Assembly (NCBI GenBank): GCA_043800255.1
Contig: JAZDNF010000013.1
Coordinates: 32,001 to 96,000, forward strand
Reading direction: 5' to 3'
DNA from: Candidatus Altiarchaeota archaeon
Lineage (GTDB): Archaea > Altiarchaeota > Altiarchaeia > IMC4 > SCGC-AAA252-I15
DNA length: 64,000 nucleotides
Numbering within the stretch: position 1 is the first letter of the stretch; every line of letters starts with the position of its first letter. This document shows, in pieces, positions 33,078 to 42,915 of this stretch. The position numbers and the translations under genes are program-made. The notes below the pieces were generated by a model. It had not been told where the DNA came from. It worked only from the letters and a program-made list of their open reading frames with translations, and searched no databases.

Positions 33078-34351
33078 GACTGACAGTCAATCCGGTATCG
33101 AAGCTCAAAGGCATTGTGAAGGCGCCTCCGAGCAAGAGTTATACTATAAGGGCTGTCATCGCAGCGTCGCTCGCCTCAGGCTCGTCCACTATTAGAGACC
33201 CGTTGTATTCTGACGACACGAGAGCGTGCATCGAAGCCTGCAGGCTGATAGGGGCGACGATAGCTGAGGGTAACGCCCTGATTGTGAGAGGGTGCGGTGG
33301 CAGAATAGAGAAGCCTGGGAAGACTATAGACACTATGAACTCGGGCACCAGCATAAGGCTTCTGACTGCTGTCGCAGCATTAAGCTCTGAGAGGATTACA
33401 TTGACAGGCGACAGTTCGATACAGAAGAGGCCTATCGGCCCCCTGCTGGATGCTCTGAAACAGATGGGAGTCAAAACGGAATCGAAGAACGGGTTCCCGC
33501 CTGCGACAGTGCAGGGCCCGATAAGGGGGGGAACGTGCAGGATTAGGGGCGACATCAGCTCGCAGTTCATCTCAGCGTTGCTGATGGCATGCCCTCTGGC
33601 AGAGAAGGATACGGTGATAGAACTGACTTCGCCTTTGAAGTCCAGACCATACGTTGACCTGACGTTGGACATCCTGGAGAGATTCAATGTCAGAGTGGAG
33701 AATGAAGACTACCGGAGATTCATAATAGCTGGAGGCCAGGAGTACAAAGAAACAGAGTATACTGTCGAGGGGGACTACTCTTCGGCTGCGTTCCTGCTGG
33801 CTGCGGCGGCGTTGACGGAATCTGACGTCACAGTAAATAACCTATTCAAAGCCTCAAGGCAGGCTGACAAAAAAATCGTTAATGTGTTAGATGAGATGGG
33901 AGCTGACTTGGAGGTAAAGTCTGAGAGTGTCAGGGTCAAAGGCAATGGAAAACTGCATGGCATCACCGTCGACCTCTCAGATTCCCCTGACCTTGTGCCG
34001 ATACTGGCTGCTGTGGGAGCGCTGGCTGAAGGCAGGACAGTCCTCAAAAACGTTGAGCACGCCAGGTACAAGGAGTGCGACAGGATACATGCGATGACCG
34101 TTGAGCTTAAGAAGATGGGCTCTGACATAGAGGAGAGGAAGGACGGACTCGTCATTAAAGGCAGACCGTTGAAGGCTCCCAAGGACGCATTAGACGGCTG
34201 GCATGACCACAGGATCGTGATGGCGTTGGCTGTCGCAGGCCTGAAGGCGGAGGGCGAAACAAGGATAGGGGATGCAGAGTATGTCAGCGTGACCTTCCCC
34301 AACTTCGTAGAACTGATGCGAAAGCTGGGGGCGCATATGTCTGTCAGATAA
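33074..34351 (+). CDS. aroA: EPSP synthase
   Basis: PPSKS, NSGT, SSQFISALL, KECDRI, DHRIVM. Confidence 0.97.
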   Translation: MRLTVNPVSKLKGIVKAPPSKSYTIRAVIAASLASGSSTIRDPLYSDDTRACIEACRLIGATIAEGNALIVRGCGGRIEKPGKTIDTMNSGTSIRLLTAVAALSSERITLTGDSSIQKRPIGPLLDALKQMGVKTESKNGFPPATVQGPIRGGTCRIRGDISSQFISALLMACPLAEKDTVIELTSPLKSRPYVDLTLDILERFNVRVENEDYRRFIIAGGQEYKETEYTVEGDYSSAAFLLAAAALTESDVTVNNLFKASRQADKKIVNVLDEMGADLEVKSESVRVKGNGKLHGITVDLSDSPDLVPILAAVGALAEGRTVLKNVEHARYKECDRIHAMTVELKKMGSDIEERKDGLVIKGRPLKAPKDALDGWHDHRIVMALAVAGLKAEGETRIGDAEYVSVTFPNFVELMRKLGAHMSVR

Positions 34352-34356
34352 AAAAA

Positions 34357-35226
34357 ATGCTGGGCGAGCAGACTAGGAATACTATCAGGGGGTTTCAGAG
34401 GAACGAGATTACCGAGTATCATATCTACAGGAGGCTTGCGGACTCGATCAAGGATGCCCATAACAGGGAAGTCCTCAAAAGTATTTCAGACGACGAGCTG
34501 AGGCACTATGGCATCTGGAAGAAGTATACTGGAGCGGATGTCAAGCCCAACAGGTTCCAGATTCTGAAGTATTATCTGATTTCAAGAATACTCGGCCTCA
34601 CCTTCGGCGTCAAGCTGATGGAAAAAGGCGAAGAGCAGGCGCAGGCAGTGTATGATAAAATCTCGGCCGAAGTGCCTGAGGCTAAGACGATAAAAACTGA
34701 TGAGGACAAACACGAGCATGAACTCATTAGCATGCTGGACGAGGAAAAGCTCGAGTATGTCGGCTCGATGGTGTTGGGCCTGAATGATGCACTCGTCGAA
34801 TTGACCGGGGCTCTGGCAGGATTCACCTTCGCATTGCAGAATCCGAAGCTGGTGGCTGTGACAGGCCTGATAACTGGGATAGCTGCCTCCTTCTCGATGG
34901 CAGCCTCAGAGTACCTTTCGACAAAATCGGAGGGCGGCCCTAAGAACCCGCTGAAGGCGTCAGTGTACACCGGCACAGCTTATGTGATGACAGTCATCGC
35001 CCTCATACTGCCCTTCCTCCTGCTCAACAACGTATACGTCTCCCTCGGACTGACATTGTTGATAGCGATTGCAGTGATATTCTTCTTCACCTTCTACATC
35101 TCGGTTGCGAAGGACATACCGTTCAAAAGCAGGTTCCTTGAGATGGCTAGCATCAGCCTGGGAGTCGCAACAGTGACGTTCACAATAGGATACCTCATCA
35201 GAGAATTCTGGGGGATAGAGATATAA
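34357..35226 (+). CDS. Ferritin/rubrerythrin-like plus VIT1/CCC1 iron exporter (MbfA-like)
   Basis: DELRH and DEDKH di-iron motifs; LGLNDALVELTG, SMAASEYLS. Confidence 0.88.
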   Translation: MLGEQTRNTIRGFQRNEITEYHIYRRLADSIKDAHNREVLKSISDDELRHYGIWKKYTGADVKPNRFQILKYYLISRILGLTFGVKLMEKGEEQAQAVYDKISAEVPEAKTIKTDEDKHEHELISMLDEEKLEYVGSMVLGLNDALVELTGALAGFTFALQNPKLVAVTGLITGIAASFSMAASEYLSTKSEGGPKNPLKASVYTGTAYVMTVIALILPFLLLNNVYVSLGLTLLIAIAVIFFFTFYISVAKDIPFKSRFLEMASISLGVATVTFTIGYLIREFWGIEI

Positions 35227-35250
35227 AACTCTAATCAACGTTGTTTGAAT

Positions 35251-35670
35251 TTATTGAAAAAGGATAATGTAACTGAGAACTAGAAAGAGGAATAGATTTA
35301 GTAAAGGTGTACTAAACCCTTTCTCTTCCCCTAGAGGGCGTAAGAAAAGCATTGATTTCTTTGTTTGTATCCACTCTATCACTCTAAAACAAATAGCAAA
35401 TAATGGGGGTGGCAGTATTACAACGTAATCTAAATTTCTAATTAACCCGACAACAATCAGTATTGTGGTGTAACATAAACTTATACCTATATTTATTATA
35501 TAGTTTCTCTTCGTTGTCTCAACATGCCATACTGCTATTATACCAAAAACGCTAATGTAGATGAATGCGAAAAACCAGATAGAATCTTCGCTTAGTACAT
35601 TAGTCCCGAACAGTACTGTGCCAACAATCAAAAATCCAATTAAGATAAAACCATGGACTTTTTTATCCAT
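35251..35670 (-). CDS. Hypothetical AT-rich polytopic membrane protein
   Basis: 139 aa hydrophobic ORF; composition differs from flanks. Confidence 0.7.
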   Translation of the reverse strand: MDKKVHGFILIGFLIVGTVLFGTNVLSEDSIWFFAFIYISVFGIIAVWHVETTKRNYIINIGISLCYTTILIVVGLIRNLDYVVILPPPLFAICFRVIEWIQTKKSMLFLRPLGEEKGFSTPLLNLFLFLVLSYIILFQ

Positions 35671-35727
35671 TTCTCGATCCCCCTATTTACCTATTTGTAA
35701 ATCTGGTGAAAATTATGTGAAGTTGGG

Positions 35728-36078
35728 TCAGTTTTTTATCCTGTTCTTTCCGTCGACGAGGATTACTTTGGGTTTGTGTTTTTTGGCTTCGGATTCGTTG
35801 AGGATGCAGAAGGATAGTATTAGCACCCTGTCGCCGACCTTGTTGAGGAGGGCTGCGGCGCCGTTGGCTCCTATGATGCCTGAGCCTCGTTTGCCTTCTA
35901 TGGCGTAGGTGGTGAACCTTTTGCCGCTTTCCATGTTTCCTACGAGGACCTTCTCATACGGGAGTATCCCGGCAGCTTCCAGTAGGTCGGCGTCGACTGT
36001 TATGCTGCCGGAGTAATCGATGTTGCATTCCGTGATTCTGGCGCCGTGTATCTTCCCCTTGAGCATCTCCACAATCAT
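35728..36078 (-). CDS. panD: Aspartate 1-decarboxylase (pyruvoyl, bacterial type)
   Basis: LKGKIHGA, YSG-SITVD cleavage site, RFTTYAI, NGAAA. Confidence 0.95.
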   Translation of the reverse strand: MIVEMLKGKIHGARITECNIDYSGSITVDADLLEAAGILPYEKVLVGNMESGKRFTTYAIEGKRGSGIIGANGAAALLNKVGDRVLILSFCILNESEAKKHKPKVILVDGKNRIKN

Positions 36079-36983
36079 ATTCCAACCTCCTCTATGGATT
36101 TTTTCAGAACTCCTGCAGAATGCTCCAGCTTCATCTTCTCGTCGTCAGTCAGGTTATAGTCTGCCTGGGCGATCCCATCACCGCCTGCGGTCACCGGGAC
36201 GCTGATGCAGACTCCATACTCTTTCTGGAAGGTCGAAAGCGGGAGCGTCTTCTTCTGATTCTTGATTATGCACTCCGCAACTTCCGCAACCGCCAGAGTA
36301 GGCGCATAGAATGTGGCGCCCTTCTTCTTTATCACTTCCATTGCAGAATCCTTAACCTTCTTAAAAGCCTCCTCCAGTTTTGCGTCTGTCACGCCCTTCG
36401 CCTCAGACAGTCTCCTGCCGCCGTACCTGGCCAGACTGTAGGCTGGGAACATGCTGTCCCCGTGCTCGCCCAGCACGAACGCAGTTAGTTTTTCAGGCTT
36501 CAGATTGAAGTTAATGCACAGTTCCGACTTCAGGCGCATGGTGTCCAGCATCGTGCCGAGGCCGAAGACTTTCCCCTCATCCAAGCCAGCTCGCTTATAC
36601 GCTAGATACGTCATAACATCAACCGGATTTGAAACTATCAGCAGCATATGATCCTTATTGTGTTTGCCGATTCCTGCCAGCACAGCCTCCATGATTTTTT
36701 TGTTGTTCTTCGCCAGATCCAGTCTCGTCTCACCCGGTTTTCTGGGAATGCCTGCGGTCACTATTACCAGGTCAGAGCCGTCTGTGATACTGTAGTCATC
36801 AGAGCCTGCTATCTCAGTCCTCCCAAGAGAAGAGATACAGTGCCTAAGGTCTATGGCTTCGCCCTCAGCCTTCTCCCTGAAAACGTCGACCAAAGCTAAC
36901 TCATCGCATAATCTCCTCTCCATGAGATGATACGCTGTGAGCGAACCCAATCTGCCAGCCCCAACCACGCTTATCTTAGACAT
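36075..36983 (-). CDS. mdh: LDH-like malate dehydrogenase
   Basis: GAGRLG, TAGIPRKPGETRLDL (Arg at the specificity site), SNPVD, GEHGDS. Confidence 0.88.
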   Translation of the reverse strand: MSKISVVGAGRLGSLTAYHLMERRLCDELALVDVFREKAEGEAIDLRHCISSLGRTEIAGSDDYSITDGSDLVIVTAGIPRKPGETRLDLAKNNKKIMEAVLAGIGKHNKDHMLLIVSNPVDVMTYLAYKRAGLDEGKVFGLGTMLDTMRLKSELCINFNLKPEKLTAFVLGEHGDSMFPAYSLARYGGRRLSEAKGVTDAKLEEAFKKVKDSAMEVIKKKGATFYAPTLAVAEVAECIIKNQKKTLPLSTFQKEYGVCISVPVTAGGDGIAQADYNLTDDEKMKLEHSAGVLKKSIEEVGI

Positions 36984-37022
36984 AAAGGGTTATAATTCTG
37001 GCAGACTGTTAATAAATAAAGC

Positions 37023-38276
37023 ATGGAAGTGAAGCTCGGTTATGGTAAAAAGGGCGTTGAACTCTTGATACCTGACGGGAACCTGGAGCTGGTCAGGCCG
37101 AAAGAGGAGATGGGAAGGCCGGCAGCTTATCTGGATGAAGTGCTTGACGGGGGCGACATTCAGAAAATCGTCAAAGGCAGGAGCGTGTGCATTCTCCCAG
37201 AGGACTGCACGAGGGATCTGCCCCATGAGGAGATTGCAGGGTACATTTGCAACAGGATGGAAGGCTCAGGCAAGGTTACAGTAATCTTGGCCACAGGAAC
37301 CCACAGTCCCTCAGATGATGGCAACCGGAGGATAGCAGGATACTACAAGAATCTTCTGAGGGGGATTAAATCCGAGGTTCTCGTCCACGACTGTTTCAAT
37401 TCCAAATTCCGCGGTATTGGAAGGACAACGCATGGCACGGAAGTCCTCGCTAACGAGAAGGTGTTAGGCCATGACGTCTACCTCACATTCTCTGCTATGA
37501 AACCGCACTATTTCGCAGGCTACTCCAACGCTTACAAGAATCTTGTGCCAGGAGTGTGCGCTTACCAGACGGTTGAAGAGAACCATTCTCTGACTATGGA
37601 TGACAGGTCAACATACGGCATGCACCCGTTGAATCCAAATCCTGAGAGGAGGGACAACCCGCTGGCAGAGGACATCCTCGAAGGGTGCAACATGATTCTA
37701 GAGGGTAAGCCGGCGTACTCGCTATCGTTCATCTGCTCCAACAGGAGCATATTCTGGGCTGAATTTGGGAGGATATACGAGGCCACCAGCAGAGGGATTG
37801 CGGAGGTTGATAGGAGGTCTGCTGTCAGAATCAAGCCTGCCGACTATGTCATCGTCTCACCTGGCGGTTCACCCAACGACGAGAGCCTCTATATAGCACA
37901 ACGCGCTCTGGAGCTCACGAAGAAGGCCTACTCTGACGGCGCGGAGCTGCTCTTCCTGGCTGAATGCAAAAAGGGCATGGCACACAACAGGAAGGCTGAG
38001 GAGAACTTCCACCTCCCGCTGAAGGGAGACTTGGAGGAGATACTCTCGATGAGGGAAGAATACAGGCTGTACTCCCATAAGCCTTACAGGTTCGCTCAGC
38101 TTCTGAAAAGATTGGAAGCATTCCACATGCACAGCAGCCTTGACGACAGGACTGTTGAGGGCATACACCTCAAGCCTGCTGGAGACCCTCAAACGGTTGT
38201 AGACTCATGGCTGGAGGAAAATCCAAGAGCCAGGATACTAGTATTCGACAAGGCGAACAGCCTGGCAGTTTACTGA
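37023..38276 (+). CDS. LarA-family (nickel-pincer) racemase/epimerase
   Basis: EDCTR, ATGTH, PHYFAGYS..YKNLVPGV, NH, SPGG.P.D..LY, AEC..G. Confidence 0.85.
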   Translation: MEVKLGYGKKGVELLIPDGNLELVRPKEEMGRPAAYLDEVLDGGDIQKIVKGRSVCILPEDCTRDLPHEEIAGYICNRMEGSGKVTVILATGTHSPSDDGNRRIAGYYKNLLRGIKSEVLVHDCFNSKFRGIGRTTHGTEVLANEKVLGHDVYLTFSAMKPHYFAGYSNAYKNLVPGVCAYQTVEENHSLTMDDRSTYGMHPLNPNPERRDNPLAEDILEGCNMILEGKPAYSLSFICSNRSIFWAEFGRIYEATSRGIAEVDRRSAVRIKPADYVIVSPGGSPNDESLYIAQRALELTKKAYSDGAELLFLAECKKGMAHNRKAEENFHLPLKGDLEEILSMREEYRLYSHKPYRFAQLLKRLEAFHMHSSLDDRTVEGIHLKPAGDPQTVVDSWLEENPRARILVFDKANSLAVY

Positions 38277-38306
38277 TTTTAACGCTGCTTTCTTATAGTT
38301 TACGGT

Positions 38307-39398
38307 ATGAACACGATTGGGAGAATGTTCAGGCTGACGACGTGGGGAGAATCCCACGGAACGTCCGTAGGAGCTGTCGTTGACGGATGCCCCTCAGGCT
38401 TAGCGCTGGCTCTGGAGGACATCCAGATGGAGCTGGACAGGCGGAGGCCGGGGCAGAGCAGCCTGACCACTTCACGAACTGAGGAGGATATTGTGGAGAT
38501 ACATTCGGGGCTATTTGAGGGTAAGACCCTCGGAACTCCGATCATGATGATAGTTCACAACAGGGACGCTGACTCCAGCAAGTACATACCCTTGAAGGAC
38601 ACTCCACGGCCGGGACATGCTGACCTCACATGGAGGGAAAAGTTCGGCCACGTCGACTGGCGCGGCGGTGGCAGGTCATCAGCCAGGGAGACTGTCGGGA
38701 GGGTCGCAGGCGGAGCTGTTGCAAAGAAGCTGCTGAAGACCAAGGACATCGAGGTTATAGCGTTCACCAGGCAGATAGGTTCGATAGTGTCAGAAGAGGA
38801 TGCTGACCTCAAATTGAAGGGATTGCGAGAGCTCGTTGACTCCAACCCTGTGCGGGCGTTGGACATCGAGAAGGCGAAGGAGATGGAAGAGCTCATAGAG
38901 ATCGCCAAAAAACAGAAGGACAGCGTCGGAGGCGTCATAGAGGTTCACGCCGTGAACGTCCCCACAGGCCTCGGAGAGCCTGTCTTCGGGAAGCTGACAT
39001 CAGACCTCGCTGGGGCGTTGGCAAGCATCCCGGCGGTGAAGGGCGTAGAATTCGGCGCAGGTTTCAAATTGGCTGAGATGCGAGGCTCGGAAGCAAACGA
39101 CGAGTTCACAATCGAGGGTAACAGAGTTAGGACGAAAACTAACAACTCTGGAGGAATCCAAGGTGGGATAAGCAACGGGATGCCCATAATCATGAGAGTT
39201 GCTGTGAAGCCTACCTCATCCATGGGGAAGGAGCAGTCCACAGTCAACCTTCAATCGAAGAGGAAGGCGAAGATTAGTGTGGAGGGCAGGCATGACCCCT
39301 GCATCGTGCCAAGGGCAGTCCCAATTGTGGAGGCGATGGTCAGCTTGATAATAGCTGACCACTGCCTCATCGCTGGTTTAATCCCCAGGAGGCTCTAG
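38307..39398 (+). CDS. aroC: Chorismate synthase
   Basis: GESHG, RPGHAD, GGGRSSARET, GGIQGGISNG, RHDPC. Confidence 0.97.
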   Translation: MNTIGRMFRLTTWGESHGTSVGAVVDGCPSGLALALEDIQMELDRRRPGQSSLTTSRTEEDIVEIHSGLFEGKTLGTPIMMIVHNRDADSSKYIPLKDTPRPGHADLTWREKFGHVDWRGGGRSSARETVGRVAGGAVAKKLLKTKDIEVIAFTRQIGSIVSEEDADLKLKGLRELVDSNPVRALDIEKAKEMEELIEIAKKQKDSVGGVIEVHAVNVPTGLGEPVFGKLTSDLAGALASIPAVKGVEFGAGFKLAEMRGSEANDEFTIEGNRVRTKTNNSGGIQGGISNGMPIIMRVAVKPTSSMGKEQSTVNLQSKRKAKISVEGRHDPCIVPRAVPIVEAMVSLIIADHCLIAGLIPRRL

Positions 39399-39402
39399 AA
39401 GA

Positions 39403-40752
39403 CTAGAGCTTCTCCAGGTATTTTGTGATCTCCCAGTCTGAGACGTTTGTCCTGTACTCGTCCCACTCCATCCTCTTGGCTGTGAGATAGTTCTCGAAGG
39501 TGTGCTCTCCGAGAGCTTCGCGCACCAGCTTGCTCTTCCTCATCTCGTCAAGAGCCTCGCCGAGAGATGCTGGCAAAGTTTTTATGTACATCTCGTCAAG
39601 CTTCTTGTTGTCGAACTCGTACACGTCCTCCTCCACAGGGTTCGGAGGCTTCAGCTTCCTCTTTATCCCATCCAATCCTGCGTGCAGCATAACAGCGAAC
39701 GCCAAGTAGGGATTGCAGCTCGGGTCAGGACACCTTAGCTCAGCCCTCGTTGACTGCTCCCTGCCGGGACTGTACCTTGGTATCCTAATCAAGGCTGACC
39801 TGTTGATCTTGCCCCAGCATATGTAGACCGGAGCCTCGTATCCTGGGACAAGCCTCTTGTATGAGTTCACCGTCGGGGCCAGCACTGCTGACATCGCCCT
39901 GACGTGCTCAAGCTGGCCTGCTATGAAACCGTATGCCGTCTTCGACAGGTGGTAGGGATCCTTACCATCGAAGAACGCTGTCTTCCCCGTTTTCGTGTCG
40001 AACAGGCTCTGGTGCACGTGCATGCCGCTCCCGTTTATGCCATATATCGGCTTCGGCATGAAAGTCCCGTAGAGGTCGTGCAACTGCGCGATGCTCTTGA
40101 CGGTGTGCTTCAATGTTATCGAGTTGTCAGCGCTGCTCAATGCATCAGAGAACCTGACGTCTATCTCATGCTGACCTGGGGCCACCTCATGGTGGCTCAT
40201 CTCCACGTGCATGCCGAAACTCTCGAGCGCGAATACTATTCCCCGCCTAACGTCTGATGCCATGTCCCTCGCAGAGTAGTCGAAATATCCCCCAACATCG
40301 TGGGGCACTGGGCTGATTTTGCCGTTGTCTGTCTTGAAGAGGAAGAACTCCAACTCAGGGCCGGTATTAAACTGGTATCCCATCTTCTCAGCCTTCTCAA
40401 TCGCCCTTTTGAGTATGTATCTCGGATCGCCTTCGAACGGTTTTCCGTCAGGCCTGTAGACGTCTGCAAAAAACCTTGCAACTTTCTTCTCCTGCGGCTC
40501 CCATGGGAGTATCGCATACGTCGCAGGGTCTGGTTTGAGTATCATGTCAGACTCGTGTATCCTTGCGAACCCCTCTATCGAGGAGCCGTCAAACCACGTT
40601 CCATCGTCCAAGCTTGTCTCAAGATGCTCCACAGTTATGGTGACGCTCTTTATCGCACCCTGTATGTCAGTAAACTGCAGGTTGGCGAATTTCACGTCAT
40701 CCTCCTTCACCTTCTCCAAAACCTTTCCCTTCAATTCATCCAATCTAGTCAT
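39403..40752 (-). CDS. glnA: Glutamine synthetase type I
   Basis: FDGSSIEGF, HHEVAPGQHE, FMPKP..GSGMH, YKRLVPGYEAP. Confidence 0.97.
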   Translation of the reverse strand: MTRLDELKGKVLEKVKEDDVKFANLQFTDIQGAIKSVTITVEHLETSLDDGTWFDGSSIEGFARIHESDMILKPDPATYAILPWEPQEKKVARFFADVYRPDGKPFEGDPRYILKRAIEKAEKMGYQFNTGPELEFFLFKTDNGKISPVPHDVGGYFDYSARDMASDVRRGIVFALESFGMHVEMSHHEVAPGQHEIDVRFSDALSSADNSITLKHTVKSIAQLHDLYGTFMPKPIYGINGSGMHVHQSLFDTKTGKTAFFDGKDPYHLSKTAYGFIAGQLEHVRAMSAVLAPTVNSYKRLVPGYEAPVYICWGKINRSALIRIPRYSPGREQSTRAELRCPDPSCNPYLAFAVMLHAGLDGIKRKLKPPNPVEEDVYEFDNKKLDEMYIKTLPASLGEALDEMRKSKLVREALGEHTFENYLTAKRMEWDEYRTNVSDWEITKYLEKL

Positions 40753-40909
40753 TCATATCACCAAAGTTCATACATATTTTAATTAGTACTTAAAAACTTG
40801 TTGAAAAGTTCACTTTTCTCCCTCTTTTTTGCCCTCTTTTCCATTTTTTTCCTTGTTTTTTCAGGCCACGCCTGAGGCCAAACCCGCAATATCTCGTTCA
40901 TTCTCGAAT

Positions 40910-41281
40910 TCACCTCCTACCTGATGCAAATTTGCTGTATCCTCCAACAGCATCCGCTCCCTTCTCGCCGGTCCTAATTCTGATGCACTCCTCAAGCGGC
41001 AGGATGAAAATCTTGCCGTCGCCGATGTCGCCAGTCTTCGCGCCCTTCATTATAGCCTTTACCGTCGGTTCAACGAAGTCGTCGTTTACCGCAAGCTCTA
41101 TCCTGATCTTCGGGAGCAGGTTGACCTCATACTTGGTCCCCCTGAGGATTTCCGTGAAGCCGCCCTGCTCTCCGCAGCCCCTCGACCGGCTTACTGACAT
41201 CCTGAAAACCTCTGCCTTGTAGAGTTCCCTCTTGACTTCCTTGAAACGTTCTGGTTTGACGTACGCTATTATAAATTTCAT
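40910..41281 (-). CDS. glnK: P-II nitrogen regulatory protein
   Basis: GCGEQGG T-loop, LLPKIRIE, TGDIGDGKIF, RIRTGE. Confidence 0.95.
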   Translation of the reverse strand: MKFIIAYVKPERFKEVKRELYKAEVFRMSVSRSRGCGEQGGFTEILRGTKYEVNLLPKIRIELAVNDDFVEPTVKAIMKGAKTGDIGDGKIFILPLEECIRIRTGEKGADAVGGYSKFASGRR

Positions 41282-41293
41282 GCTTTGTCTCCG

Positions 41294-42607
41294 CTAGGCA
41301 GGTATGTCCATATCAGGATAGGCTTCCTCACCATGCTGTGTAAGGTCTAATCCTAGTATTTCCTCCTCTCTTCTAACGCGCAGCCCAATCGAATAGTCAA
41401 TTACCTTCAGGATGACGACTGTCACCGTCAAAGCGTAAACAACCGTTGCTAACACCCCTATTGCTTGAGCGATGAGAAGCGAGGCATTGCCTGCCAGCAA
41501 CCCATCAGCGCCGTTCGGGTTTATCACAGACTGCGCGAAAACGCCTGTCAGCAGGGCGCCCATTATCCCACCCGCCCCATGGCATGCCATCACATCAAGC
41601 GCGTCATCTATCCTGGTTCTCGTCTTCATGAACACGATGAACGTATAGCATACCGCACCAGCAGCAGCGCCTATTACTATAGCAGCCAGCGGGCTTACGA
41701 AACCTGATGCAGGAGTTATAGCCACCAGACCGCATACTGCGCCAGTGGCTATGCCCAATGTGCTCGGCTTTTTGACGTGAATCCAGCTTACGATCATCCA
41801 TGAGATTGCTGCGGCAGCTGCCGCCGTGTTTGTCACAACAAACGCCTGCGCAGCTAAGCCGTCGGCTGCCAGTGCGCTTCCAGCGTTGAACCCAAACCAT
41901 CCGAACCACAGCAATGCCGCGCCGAGCACGGTCATGGTAATGTTGTGCGGTCTTATTTCACTTCCAGAGTTGAGTCCGATTCTCGGCCCTATTATCAGCG
42001 CAGCCGCTAGCGCCGATATTCCTGCGGATATGTGCACAACAGTCCCGCCCGCAAAGTCTAACGCCCCAAGCGTGCCAAGCCAGCCGCCGCCCCACACCCA
42101 GTGGGCTATTGGATCGTAGACTAGCGTCGTCCACAGTAGAACGAAGATTAGGAACGACGAGAATTTCATCCTGTCCGCAAATGCTCCTATTATCAGGGCA
42201 GGTGTTATGATCGCGAACATCGCCTGGAATATCATAAACACGAGATGCGGTACCGTAGGCCCATAATCAGGACTTGGTAGCATCCCAACGCCATTCAGGC
42301 CGGCCATGCTGAGGTCTCCGATAAGGCCTCCGACATCAGGCCCGAATGACAGTGAGTAACCGATTAGAATCCACTGTATGCTGACCAATGCTATTATGAT
42401 AAAACTTTGCGTGATTATCGCGAGAACGTTTTTCCCCCGTACCATTCCTCCATAGAAGAATCCTACGGCAGGGGTCATCACCAGAACAAGTGCTGCTGAT
42501 ATTAGGACCCATGCAGTATCGCCAGAGTCAATCTCCTCTGCGCTGGCTGATGTGGCCAGGAGGATGAGAGTCACCATTAACAGCGTAACATTAGTGGGCG
42601 GCTTCAT
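41294..42607 (-). CDS. amtB: Ammonium transporter
   Basis: FYGGMVR, DFAGGTVVH, WFGWFGFNAGS, DDALDVMACHG. Confidence 0.97.
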   Translation of the reverse strand: MKPPTNVTLLMVTLILLATSASAEEIDSGDTAWVLISAALVLVMTPAVGFFYGGMVRGKNVLAIITQSFIIIALVSIQWILIGYSLSFGPDVGGLIGDLSMAGLNGVGMLPSPDYGPTVPHLVFMIFQAMFAIITPALIIGAFADRMKFSSFLIFVLLWTTLVYDPIAHWVWGGGWLGTLGALDFAGGTVVHISAGISALAAALIIGPRIGLNSGSEIRPHNITMTVLGAALLWFGWFGFNAGSALAADGLAAQAFVVTNTAAAAAAISWMIVSWIHVKKPSTLGIATGAVCGLVAITPASGFVSPLAAIVIGAAAGAVCYTFIVFMKTRTRIDDALDVMACHGAGGIMGALLTGVFAQSVINPNGADGLLAGNASLLIAQAIGVLATVVYALTVTVVILKVIDYSIGLRVRREEEILGLDLTQHGEEAYPDMDIPA

Positions 42608-42722
42608 TCTTGCACCTCGGTTCTTTTACTACCAGTAGTATGTCTTCCGTTCCCCCCATTAGGATGGTTATTTTCATGTTACGGTCTCCGATGCCATGCC
42701 TATCACTTAGTGAGATGTTCAT
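42591..42722 (-). CDS. Possible leaderless 43-aa uORF overlapping the amtB start
   Basis: MNISLSDRHGIGDRNMKITILMGGTEDILLVVKEPRCKNEAAH; ATG lies about 25 nt after TTTATATAA. Confidence 0.3.
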   Translation of the reverse strand: MNISLSDRHGIGDRNMKITILMGGTEDILLVVKEPRCKNEAAH

Positions 42723-42726
42723 CTTA

Positions 42727-42755
42727 CATTAATATTAATGCATAAGTTATATAAA
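42727..42755 (-). promoter_or_regulatory. amtB promoter candidate: TATA (42747-42755) plus palindrome CATTAATATTAATG (42727-42740)
   Basis: Perfect 14-bp palindrome directly downstream of a TATA-like box. Confidence 0.5.
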
Positions 42756-42915
42756 TAGTTTGTGTTTTTTTGATGAGATTAGCATTAAAAATATGAGTTT
42801 TTTATAAAATTTGATAAAATTACGGGTATTATTGCCTAGGATGGCCTATAGATGCCATTTTTTGAAGATTTGCCATAATTTTCTATTTTTATTAGAGAAA
42901 TGCACATATTTTCAC

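Noticed and set aside
40810-40862. Pyrimidine-rich tract between glnK and glnA
   Set aside because: Low-complexity spacer. It is T-rich on the strand opposite to glnK/glnA transcription and has no repeat unit or credible ORF.
42610-42690. Glutamine (glnA) riboswitch in the amtB leader (CGGAAG followed by a hairpin and AAGAAC)
   Set aside because: I could not find the 5' CGUU P1 strand or a correctly placed P2. An Infernal search would be needed.
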